Shown here in pieces: positions 8,467-16,072 of a DNA stretch of 32,000 bases; position 1 is the first letter of the stretch, and each line of letters begins with the position of its first letter. This stretch comes from Hydrogenibacillus schlegelii (GTDB lineage Bacteria > Bacillota > Bacilli > Thermicanales > DSM-22653). The notes under the pieces are model-generated. The model worked only from the letters and a program-made list of their open reading frames with translations. It made no database searches and was not told the DNA's origin. Made by a program: the position numbers and the translations under genes. Where the stretch lies: contig NZ_JXBB01000006.1 in assembly GCF_001653195.1 (NCBI RefSeq), forward strand, positions 14,592-46,591. The letters run 5' to 3'.

Positions 8467-8543
8467 GGCGGAGTAGCTCAGCTGGCCAGAGCGTACGGTT
8501 CATACCCGTGAGGTCGAGGGTTCGAGCCCCTCCTCCGCTACCA
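8467..8543 (+). tRNA. tRNA-Met (anticodon CAT), elongator type
   Basis: 77 nt with anticodon loop TTCATAC. Positions 1:72 are paired and the anticodon stem lacks the three G:C pairs of initiators. Closely resembles the Bacillus elongator tRNA-Met as I remember it. Confidence 0.85.
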
Positions 8544-8548
8544 GCCGC

Positions 8549-8622
8549 AGGGGCGTAGTTTAATGGTAGAACAGCGGTCTCCAAAACCGCCAGTGTGGGT
8601 TCGATTCCTGCCGCCCCTGCCA
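8549..8622 (+). tRNA. tRNA-Trp (anticodon CCA)
   Basis: 74 nt, A1:T72, anticodon loop CTCCAAA, G73 discriminator and encoded CCA. Confidence 0.92.
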
Positions 8623-8654
8623 TTCCCCGGCTTGAGGCGTTTCTTCCTTTATTC

Positions 8655-8728
8655 GGGAGCATCGCCAAGCGGCAAGGCAAGGGTCTGCAAAACCCTCATC
8701 CCCGGTTCGAATCCGGGTGCTCCCTCCA
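8655..8728 (+). tRNA. tRNA-Cys (anticodon GCA)
   Basis: 74 nt, anticodon loop CTGCAAA, U73 discriminator (a Cys identity element) and encoded CCA. Confidence 0.92.
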
Positions 8729-8731
8729 CGC

Positions 8732-8808
8732 GTTCCAGTAGCTCAGCCGGATAGAGCAGCGGCCTTCTAAGCCGTCGGTCGGGGGTTCGAATCCCTCCTG
8801 GAACGCCA
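8732..8808 (+). tRNA. tRNA-Arg (anticodon TCT)
   Basis: 77 nt, anticodon loop CTTCTAA, acceptor GTTCCAG/CTGGAAC and encoded CCA. Confidence 0.92.
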
Positions 8809-8819
8809 TGCTGAGGAAC

Positions 8820-8895
<76 letters not shown>

Positions 8896-8994
8896 CGGGA
8901 TCCGCGCCCGACCGAGGGGGCGCCGGTGGTTCGCCCGGCGGAAGGGGCGGGCGTTCGAGCGGGGGCTCGGAGTCCGGCCGCAGGCGTCCGCCGT

Positions 8995-9085
8995 GGAGGA
9001 GTACCGAAGAGGTCATAACGGGGCGGACTTGAAATCCGTTGGGGCCTGCGGGCCCACGTGGGTTCGAATCCCACCTCCTCCACCA
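8995..9085 (+). tRNA. tRNA-Ser (anticodon TGA)
   Basis: 91 nt with a long variable arm (TGGGGCCTGCGGGCCCAC), anticodon loop CTTGAAA and encoded CCA. Confidence 0.92.
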
Positions 9086-9105
9086 GACGCGCCAGAGCGC
9101 GCCCG

Positions 9106-9546
9106 TGATGATCGGGGCACGCGTAGCCGCTGCGCCGGACGGATTTGGCCGCCGGCGTAGAGGAAAGTCCAGGCTCGCCCGAGCTGCGAGGCTCGGAGTG
9201 TTCGCGCCCGGGGCAACCCGGGGCGGCGGACGGCCTGCCTCCGGGCAGGTGCCGGGTCCGTCGACGGCGGCGAACGGAACTCCCGGAGTTCCTATTAGCC
9301 ATAACGTGCCACAGAGACGAGCTCTTCCGGCGACGGAAGAGGTGGAACGCGGTAAACCCCGCGAGCGAGAAACCCAAATGATGGTAGGGGAGCCCTCCGA
9401 AGAGAAATGAATCGGAGGAGGGATCGCCTCCGGCTTCGCCGGCGGCGATAGAAAGATGGCTACGCCTCCTGTACGAGGGCCGGGCACCCGTTGGCAGTAC
9501 GGGAGGACAGAACCTGGCTTACAGTGCCGCCGATCGCCCACACGGG
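9106..9546 (+). ncRNA. rnpB: RNase P RNA, Bacillus type (type B); ends approximate (about +/-10 nt)
   Basis: Universal blocks GAGGAAAGTCCAGGCTCGCC and GGACAGAACCTGGCTTACAG. The type-B block GTGGAACGCGGTAAACCCCGCGAGCGAGAAACCCAAATGATGGTAGGGGA is near-identical to B. subtilis rnpB as I remember it. 5' GATCGGGGCAC (9110-9120) pairs with 3' GTGCCGCCGATC (9524-9535). Confidence 0.92.
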
Positions 9547-9555
9547 CGCATACCA

Positions 9556-9585
9556 GCCGCGGAAGCTTGTGCTTCTGCGGCTTTT
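9556..9585 (+). terminator. rho-independent terminator after rnpB
   Basis: GCCGCGGAAGC (9556-9566), loop TTGT, GCTTCTGCGGC (9571-9581; 11 bp including one G:U), then TTTT. Confidence 0.75.
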
Positions 9586-9614
9586 GGCGTTTTCGGGGCG
9601 GGATGGGGGTTCGG

Positions 9615-9645
9615 TTGATTTTTCCCGGGACGGCCTGCATACTAT
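9615..9645 (+). promoter_or_regulatory. candidate promoter of the glycosyltransferase-plsY unit
   Basis: TTGATT (9615-9620) lies within a 17-mer identical to the tRNA promoter, followed by TGcATACTAT (9636-9645). The spacer is 18-19 nt, so the geometry is poorer than at 8128. Confidence 0.45.
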
Positions 9646-9671
9646 ACGTAGGGATGAAGGAGGGTGAAGGG

Positions 9672-10829
9672 ATGGCGCCGTATCGCGTGCTCATCTTGAG
9701 CGCGAGCTTTGGGGAAGGCCACCGGCAGGCTTCCCGGGCGATTCAGGAAGCGCTCTATCTTCGCCATCCGGATGCGGCCGTCGAGATCGTCGATTACGTC
9801 CAGTCGATCAACCGGACGTGGAGCCGGTTTGCGCAGTTTTTTTACCTCCAGGGGATCAAACGGGCGCCGGTCCTGTACGGCTTTTTCTATAAACAGTTCA
9901 ACCGCATCCCGACGGATTCGACCTTAAGCCGCAGCATGAGCCGCATCGGCCACATCATCGGCGGGCGAAAACTGAAGGAATACATCGATCATTTTCGCCC
10001 GGATGCCGTCATTCATACGTTTCCGTCTTCGGCCGGAGCCTACGCGGAGCTGAAGCGGCAGGGCGAGACGGCGGTGCCGTCGTTTACGGTCATCACCGAC
10101 TACGCCGCCCACCGGCAGTGGATCCACCAGGAGACGGACCTTTTTTTTGTCGGGGCGCCGAAGGTGCGCGACGAACTCATCGCCGAGGGGGTGCCGCGGG
10201 AAAAGATCCGGGTGACGGGAATCCCGGTGCGGCAGATGTTTTTGCGGACGTACGACCGGGCGGAGCTCGCCCGCCGGATGGGCCTTCGCCCGGATCGGCC
10301 GACGGTGCTCCTCCTCGCCGGGGCGTTCGGCGTCTCGGAGCAGATCGTCGCCGTCACCCGGGCGCTCCTCGCGGAGCCGGTGCCGCTTCAACTCCTCGTC
10401 GTCACCGGCCGGAACCGGCGGCTCTATGAGACGATGGCGGAAGTGGCGGCAGAAGCCGGCGGAGGGCTTCGGGTGTTCGGTTTTGTGGAGAATATCGCCG
10501 AGCTGATGGCCGTCTCGGACCTCGTGTTTACAAAATCCGGCGGGCTCACGACGTCGGAAGCGGTGGCGATGGAGGTGCCGATGGTGTTCTTCAAGCCGAT
10601 CCCGGGCCAGGAGGCGGCGAACGCGGACTTCCTCGCCGGCGCCGGGGTGGCGGTCATCACCCGGCAGCTCGACGACCTCATCGCCTTCACCCGCCGGTTT
10701 TTGGACGATGCCGGACTGCGGGCGGCGATGAAGGGCCGGTTTCTGCCGCTCAAGCGGTCGATGCATGAGACGACGATCGTCGAGGAGCTGGAGGCCTTTC
10801 TCGCGGCGGCGAAAGGAGCTCGGCGATGA
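9672..10829 (+). CDS. MGDG-synthase-family glycosyltransferase (UgtP-like diacylglycerol glycosyltransferase, GT28)
   Basis: YRVLILSASFGEGHRQASRAI..., FRPDAVIHTFP, FTVITDYAAHRQWIH and TGIPVR parallel B. subtilis UgtP. ATG 9672 follows GAAGGAGGGTGAAGG. The upstream part of the 9456 ORF overlies rnpB. Confidence 0.85.
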   Translation: MAPYRVLILSASFGEGHRQASRAIQEALYLRHPDAAVEIVDYVQSINRTWSRFAQFFYLQGIKRAPVLYGFFYKQFNRIPTDSTLSRSMSRIGHIIGGRKLKEYIDHFRPDAVIHTFPSSAGAYAELKRQGETAVPSFTVITDYAAHRQWIHQETDLFFVGAPKVRDELIAEGVPREKIRVTGIPVRQMFLRTYDRAELARRMGLRPDRPTVLLLAGAFGVSEQIVAVTRALLAEPVPLQLLVVTGRNRRLYETMAEVAAEAGGGLRVFGFVENIAELMAVSDLVFTKSGGLTTSEAVAMEVPMVFFKPIPGQEAANADFLAGAGVAVITRQLDDLIAFTRRFLDDAGLRAAMKGRFLPLKRSMHETTIVEELEAFLAAAKGARR

Positions 10830-11431
10830 CGCTTCTTGCCTTCGTCCTCGCCTACCTCCTCGGTTCGGTGCCGTTCGGCCTCCTCTTCGCCCGGGCGGTC
10901 GGCGTCGACCTTCTTCGCTGCGGGAGCGGGAACATCGGCACGACGAACGCCTTTCGCTGCGCCGGCCCCGTCGTCGGGACGCTCACCCTCGTCTTCGACG
11001 TGCTGAAGGGGCTCGCCGGCGTTTTTTTGCTGGCGCCGCTCGTCCACGCGCCGTGGGCGCTTTATGCGACGGGGCTTCTCATCATCCTCGGCCACACGAA
11101 ATCGGCCTTCCTCCGCTTTCGAGGCGGGAAGGCCATCGCGACGAGCTTCGGCGTGCTCCTTTATCTCAACCCGTGGGCGATCCTTCTCGCGGCGGCGGCG
11201 TTTGCGGCGGTCGTCGCCCGGACGCGGACGGTGTCTCTCGGTTCGATCACGGCGGGCGTCGTCTATCCGCTGCTTACTCCGTTTTTTCGGCATGATCCGC
11301 TGTTCATCCTTCTTTCGTACGCCCTCGGCGCGTACGCGATCTGGCTGCACCGGGAAAACATCCGCCGCCTGCTCGCCGGGGAGGAGCCGAAGTTTACGTT
11401 CGGCCCGCGGCGGGACCGGCCGCTTCGGTAG
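10826..11431 (+). CDS. plsY: glycerol-3-phosphate acyltransferase PlsY
   Basis: 201 aa polytopic protein with the GSGNIGTTNAFR hallmark and FDVLKG. ATGA overlap with the upstream gene. Confidence 0.9.
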   Translation: MTLLAFVLAYLLGSVPFGLLFARAVGVDLLRCGSGNIGTTNAFRCAGPVVGTLTLVFDVLKGLAGVFLLAPLVHAPWALYATGLLIILGHTKSAFLRFRGGKAIATSFGVLLYLNPWAILLAAAAFAAVVARTRTVSLGSITAGVVYPLLTPFFRHDPLFILLSYALGAYAIWLHRENIRRLLAGEEPKFTFGPRRDRPLR

Positions 11432-11578
11432 GCGCCGGGAAGGGCGATGGGGCCGCCCCGTTGCCTCCGTTCGCCCCGCGTCCGGTGGGTCGCCCGGCCG
11501 GCCCGCGCCCGGAGGCAAAGAAGCGGCCGAACGGGAATAAGGACCGGCGGCCAAGGCGGTCGAAAGGGGGCGAAGCGG

Positions 11579-12013
11579 ATGCTCGGCCCGGAAGCGGAAC
11601 GGCGGCTTGCGGCGCAGCTGATCCGGACGCTTAAGGAGGCGGAGGCGGCGATCGCGCAGGCGTGGTCGACGGGAGATCGGGCGCGGCTTTCGCGGCTCGG
11701 CCACGCGCTCAAGGGGAACTCCGGCGCCCACTACTTCGGGCTTTCGGCGATCCGGGAGGCGGGCGCGGCGCTCGAGGCGGCCTTTCGCCCCGCGGCGGGT
11801 CGCTCCGATCCGACCGCTGGCGAGGCGCCCCGGACGGCCGGCCCGGACCCGTCGGCCCACGTTGCGGCGGCTTCCGCAGGCGAAAGCGGGGCCGGAGGCT
11901 CCTCCGGCCCCGAAGCGGGGGAACAGGCGGTCGACGCGGCCCGGCAGGCGATCGCGGCGGCGATCGCGGCGCTTCGGGAACGTTTTCCGGCTCCGGAGCC
12001 GGACGAGCGCTAG
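11579..12013 (+). CDS. stand-alone HPt (histidine phosphotransfer) domain protein with a low-complexity C-terminus
   Basis: The motif LSRLGHALKGNSGAHYFGL fits HxLKGxxxxxG of HPt domains. ATG 11579 follows GAAAGGGGG. The upstream part of the 11447 ORF is Arg-rich junk. Confidence 0.65.
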   Translation: MLGPEAERRLAAQLIRTLKEAEAAIAQAWSTGDRARLSRLGHALKGNSGAHYFGLSAIREAGAALEAAFRPAAGRSDPTAGEAPRTAGPDPSAHVAAASAGESGAGGSSGPEAGEQAVDAARQAIAAAIAALRERFPAPEPDER

Positions 12014-12190
12014 CGTCGCCCGTCGATTTCCGGGCGTCGGGGGGCCGCCGCCCTGGGGCGGGGCCGAAAACGCCGCCGCCGGGGGCCGGCGTCTTGACGG
12101 GACGACAAAAAGACCGCCGGAAGGGCGCGGGCGGCCCGATGGGCGTCGGAAGCACCGCCGGAGAGGTTTGGGAAGCGCCGCCGGACGGCC

Positions 12191-12937
12191 CTAGCGGGGA
12201 AGGTAGGCGGCGATCCGGGGCTTGATGCTGTCGATGGCGATGGCGAACCCGATGCTCTGGGACCCCCGGACGATGGCGGCGTTCATGCCGATCACCTGGC
12301 CGTAGAGGTTGAAAAGCGGCCCGCCGCTGTTTCCGGGGTTGATGGCGGCGTCGGTCTGGATGACGTCGTCGTAGTCGTGCTGGCCGGTCCGGACCGAGCG
12401 GTGTTTGGCCGAGATGACGCCGACGGTGACGGTGTTTTCGAGCCCCAGCGGGTTGCCGATGGCGATGACCCATTCGCCGACGCGGGCCGCGTCGGAACTC
12501 CCGAGGACGGCCGCCGGGAGCGGTCGGGGGGCGCTCACCTTGAGGACGGCGAGATCCCGTCGAACGTCCTGCCAGACGAGGCGGGCGGGCCGGACGAACG
12601 CCCCTTGCCGGACGCGGATCTCACCGGCCCGGTCGATGATGTGCTGATTCGTCAGGATGTAGCCGCGGGGATGGATGATGAAGCCGGAGCCGAAACTTCG
12701 GCCGAGGGGCGGCCCGTCGTCTTCGGGGAGGAAAAAAGGGAGGAAAAACGGGCCGAAGGGCCCGAAGGGAAGCTGCCGTTCCCGGTCGGTCTCGATGGCG
12801 ACGATGATCGGTTTGACCCGCTCGATGACGTCGACGAAGATGTTGGCCGGATGCGGCCGATCCGCCGGATCGGGTCGCTCTGCCGGTTGGGCCCGAAGGA
12901 GGTCCAGGGCGAGGCGTTTTTTCTTCGTCGGCTTCAC
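12191..12937 (-). CDS. S1C (HtrA/DegP-like) trypsin-fold serine protease without a PDZ domain
   Basis: Triad contexts GYILTNQHI (His), RDLAVLKV (Asp) and DAAINPGNSGGPLFN (Ser). The protein ends right after the protease domain. GTG at 12937 has better SD spacing (AAGAGGTGG) than the track start at 12946. Confidence 0.85.
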   Translation of the reverse strand: MKPTKKKRLALDLLRAQPAERPDPADRPHPANIFVDVIERVKPIIVAIETDRERQLPFGPFGPFFLPFFLPEDDGPPLGRSFGSGFIIHPRGYILTNQHIIDRAGEIRVRQGAFVRPARLVWQDVRRDLAVLKVSAPRPLPAAVLGSSDAARVGEWVIAIGNPLGLENTVTVGVISAKHRSVRTGQHDYDDVIQTDAAINPGNSGGPLFNLYGQVIGMNAAIVRGSQSIGFAIAIDSIKPRIAAYLPR

Positions 12938-13114
12938 GGTCCCCACCTCTTTCCGGGTTCGCTACAGTGTATGTCCGGCGGCCGGCCCGGTCACGTTCGT
13001 CCGCCCATGGCCCGGAAAGATCGGTTCGGCCGTTCGACCGCGGCGCTCAGGCAACGGGACGGGAAACGGTTCGTCGACCATCCGGTTCGCATCCGCCACG
13101 CCCAGAAAGATCCG

Positions 13115-13142
13115 TTGCATCTTTTCTATGATGTGATACAAT
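13115..13142 (+). promoter_or_regulatory. sigma-A-type promoter with extended -10
   Basis: TTGCAT (13115-13120), 16-nt spacer, TGaTACAAT (TG 13134-13135, hexamer 13137-13142). It lies ~68 nt upstream of ATG 13210. Confidence 0.6.
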
Positions 13143-13209
13143 AAAAACGATGAATCGTGCTTGATGCTGGAGTTCTGAATCATCATCCTATGAAACGAGG
13201 GGGTTCCCG

Positions 13210-13743
13210 ATGAAGCGGAAGGTGCTCGTCATCGACGATGAGAAGGAGCTGGAGCTCCTCGCCCGGGAGGTGCTCGAGCCGGAGGGGATCGAGGTTCAGG
13301 CGGCGGAGACGGGGCTGGACGGGCTGGAGCTTCTCAAGCGGAACCGTTATGACGTCGTTCTTCTCGACCTCAACCTTCCGGACGAAAACGGGCTCGAGAT
13401 TTTGAAGCAAGTCCGGGACAAGGACCTCATGACGCGAATCGTCATCATCACCGCGTACGGCTCGATCGAGTCGGCGGTCCAGGCGATGAAATCCGGCGCC
13501 AACGACTACCTGGCGAAGCCGGTCTCGGCGGAAAGCCTGAAGGACGTCGTGATGAAGCAGCTTTCCGGCAAGCGGGAGGACGAGGCGTATCCGATTTCGA
13601 TGCAGGAAGTGGAGCGGAAGCACATCGCCTACGTGCTGAAGCTCTTCCGGGGGAACCGCCGGAAGACGGCGGAAGCGCTCGGCATCAGCCTCCGGACGCT
13701 GTACTACAAGATCAAGCAGTTTGACCTTCGGGACGTCCGCTGA
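13210..13743 (+). CDS. response regulator: receiver plus Fis-type HTH (NtrC-like but lacking the AAA+ sigma-54 module)
   Basis: 177 aa. REC (KVLVIDDE...VVLLDLNLPDENG...IVIITAYGS...DYLAKP) is joined by a short linker to EVERKHIAYVLKLFRGNRRKTAEALGISLRTLYYKIKQF (HTH_8). SD GAGGGGG. Confidence 0.85.
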   Translation: MKRKVLVIDDEKELELLAREVLEPEGIEVQAAETGLDGLELLKRNRYDVVLLDLNLPDENGLEILKQVRDKDLMTRIVIITAYGSIESAVQAMKSGANDYLAKPVSAESLKDVVMKQLSGKREDEAYPISMQEVERKHIAYVLKLFRGNRRKTAEALGISLRTLYYKIKQFDLRDVR

Positions 13744-13908
13744 CGCGCCCGACCGGAAAGCGCCTCCGGCGACCGATCGGCGCGGGCGGGGGCGCCCGGT
13801 TCGGGGACAAGCCCATCGACCACCGGCGTCGGCCGCCGCCGTGGCGGCGGTTTGCCGGCGGCCCTCCGATCACGTACAATGGGGTAGGCGGTGAAAGGAG
13901 GGCCGTTT

Positions 13909-14733
13909 TTGTTTCGCTACGACCTCGTCGCCGTCGACGTCGACGGCACGCTGATCGACGACGCCTTTCGGGTGCCGCCGAAGACGCGGGCGATCCTGCG
14001 GGAGATCCACGCCAGCGGCCTCGTCGTCGTGCTGGCCACCGGACGGAACCCGAGCGGAACGGTCCCCCTGCTGTCCGAAATCGGCATCTCCGGCCCGCTC
14101 ATCGTTCACAACGGGGCGTTCGTTTTCGATCCGGCGACGGGCCGGGAGTTTTTGACCCTTTCCCTCGGACGGTCGCGCTTGCCGGATCTTTTTCGCTTCG
14201 CCCGGGAACACGGGCTTCACTACGACGTGAATACCACCTATCACCTGTACGTCGACGCGTCGATCGCGCCGGAGATGGCGGCGCTGTACGAGGCGTATTA
14301 CGCCAAGCCGCTCGTCGTCGCCGACTGGTCGGAAGTGACGGAGCCGGTCGTCAAGGTGACGATGATCGGATCGGAGGCGCACGTCGATCGGATCTTTCCG
14401 GAGGCGGTGCGGGCGTTTCCGGAGTACCGGGTGCTTCGGAGCGGGGAGACGTACATCGACGTCGTCCATCCGGAGGCGAACAAGGGCGCCGGGCTCAAGG
14501 CCGTCGCCGCCGCTTACGGCATTCCGCTTTCCCGGACGATGGCGATCGGCAATTACTATAACGACCTCGAAATGTTTGCCGTCGCCGACTTCGCCGTGGC
14601 GATGGCGAACAGTCCCGACGAGGTGAAGCGGCGGGCGGATGCGGTGACGGCGTCGAACAACGAGGAAGGCGTCTACCTCGCCATCCTCCGCTATGTCCTC
14701 GGCGACGACCCGGCGGGGCGGGAGACGATCTGA
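13909..14733 (+). CDS. Cof-type HAD-IIB phosphatase/hydrolase
   Basis: VAVDVDGTL (DxDGT), VLATGR and GNYYNDLEM motifs. TTG 13909 lies 7 nt after AAAGGAGG. The track's GTG at 13891 precedes the SD. Confidence 0.85.
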   Translation: MFRYDLVAVDVDGTLIDDAFRVPPKTRAILREIHASGLVVVLATGRNPSGTVPLLSEIGISGPLIVHNGAFVFDPATGREFLTLSLGRSRLPDLFRFAREHGLHYDVNTTYHLYVDASIAPEMAALYEAYYAKPLVVADWSEVTEPVVKVTMIGSEAHVDRIFPEAVRAFPEYRVLRSGETYIDVVHPEANKGAGLKAVAAAYGIPLSRTMAIGNYYNDLEMFAVADFAVAMANSPDEVKRRADAVTASNNEEGVYLAILRYVLGDDPAGRETI

Positions 14734-14765
14734 CCGCCGGGGGGCCCGACTGGGCGCTCGCCGGG

Positions 14766-14799
14766 AGAAACGGCGACGGACCAGAAACGGCGACGGACC
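14766..14799. repeat. perfect 2 x 17-bp tandem repeat (AGAAACGGCGACGGACC)
   Basis: Units 14766-14782 and 14783-14799 are identical. They lie in the 78-nt gap between the HAD gene and the ThyX-like ORF. Confidence 0.95.
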
Positions 14800-14811
14800 A
14801 AAGTAAAGTTT

Positions 14812-16068
14812 ATGGATAGAAGTCGCGGCAAGATCGAAGGTCGCGGAGCGAACGGGACGGAAGCGCGAAGAAAACGAGCAGCGGAAGGACGAAAAACGGC
14901 GAGAGTCCAGGAGAACGAGGCGGGGCGCGCGATGGAGCGGGAGAGGGCAGAAATGCGGGAAGAGGGCGCACAAAAGCGGGAAGGACGGCGGTTTCGGCTC
15001 GACCGGGAGGCGATTTACGCGCATCCGCGCGTCATTTTTTTGCGCGATCTCATTCCCATCGATCGGTATCTCGACGAGCTGGAGGCGGCGATCAACGCCG
15101 TCTTCGTCGCCCGAGGCGAGACGGTCGTCCAGAAGCGGCGGGTGGTGGCGCTTCGGGCGACGGACGACGATCGGCTCGTGTCGGCCTTCAAGGCGGCGAT
15201 GTACCTCGGCAATTACCACGACATGGCGAACCGCGAGCGGTTTTTGAAGCGGATGGTCCGGGGGGAACATTCGTACGAGCCGATCCGCGGCGAGTCGATC
15301 TTGTTCCTCTTTATCGGCGTGGGAAAGCCGGTCTACGACCATCTCGTGACGTACAGCGTCGGCCGGACGACGCGGATCGCCGCCGGACAGCGGGCCAATC
15401 TCCCGTGGGGGTATGAGGTGCCGGTCGAGGCGAAGCACCCGGAGCGGTACATCGAGATGAACCTGCCTCGCATCCGGGAGGTCGTCCAGTGGGTGACGCG
15501 CTCGGCGGACAACCCCGACCCCGAGCAACTGCAGGCGATGCGGTCCTCGCTTCCGGTCGGCTACATCATGCCGCCGTTTTTGCTGGAGTTCAGCGAGGAG
15601 GCGTTGATCAAGCACGTCTTTCGGCAGCGGCTGTTCGAAAAAGGGGCTCAAGGGGCGACGGTCGACGTCGTGAGCGACATGTGGGAGGCGGTGCTCGCGA
15701 TCGATCGGGAGAAGTGGGAGACGCTCTACGATTACCACGGGCCGCATCTCCCCCGGTGGCGGCGGGCGATGCGCCGGCTCAGAGACGAGAAGACGACCCT
15801 TTCGGCGCTCCTCGAGGCGGCGGGCGTGCCGGTGGAGCGGCTTCCGGACGGGCGGCTCGCCGTCCCGGATCGGGAGCTGTATCCACTGCTCATGGAGACG
15901 GTCGGCAAGCTCCCGCCGACGATGTGGGAGCGGCAGGCGGCGGTCGGCGCCGACCGGCCGTCGGGAAAAAGCCGCCGGCCGGAGGAACGCCGTCGATCGG
16001 AGGAACGCGGGCGGCCGGAAGGACGGAGCGGATCGGAGGCGGCCGGCCGACCGGACGGTTTGAGGTGA
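14812..16068 (+). CDS. ThyX-fold (Thy1 superfamily-like) protein with a degenerate active-site motif and highly charged N- and C-terminal tails; start uncertain (14812, 14932 or 14953)
   Basis: By-eye alignment to T. maritima ThyX. [19 protein letters not shown] matches [39 protein letters not shown] matches [32 protein letters not shown]...[31 protein letters not shown] matches ARIVLPLNLY...[25 protein letters not shown]. ATG 14953 has the best SD (GGGAGAGGG). Confidence 0.6.
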   Translation: [418 protein letters not shown]

Positions 16069-16072
16069 TTCG

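Noticed and set aside
8896-8994. 99-nt G+C-rich spacer between the tRNA-Ile2-like gene and tRNA-Ser(TGA), as a possible ninth tRNA or tRNA pseudogene (contains GGTTCGCCC and GTTCGAGC T-loop-like strings)
   Set aside because: I could not fold any 70-95-nt segment into a cloverleaf with a paired acceptor stem and a 7-nt anticodon loop. It is best left as an unexplained spacer, possibly a decayed tRNA.
9456-9671. N-terminal 72 codons of the 457-aa ORF (track start 9456)
   Set aside because: This part overlies the 3' end of rnpB, its terminator and a promoter-like sequence. The UgtP-like homology begins at MAPYRVLIL (ATG 9672), which has a strong SD.
12014-12190. Terminator between the convergent HPt and protease genes (CCGCC...GGCGG near 12114-12134, flanked by A5/T5)
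   Set aside because: The stem is only ~5 bp with an 11-nt loop. That is too weak to call with confidence.
14812-16068. Annotating this ORF as a functional FAD-dependent thymidylate synthase (thyX)
   Set aside because: The fold-level resemblance is good. However, the defining RHRX7S motif reads TYS-X7-A and the following RY is RA, so a catalytic ThyX call is not supportable.
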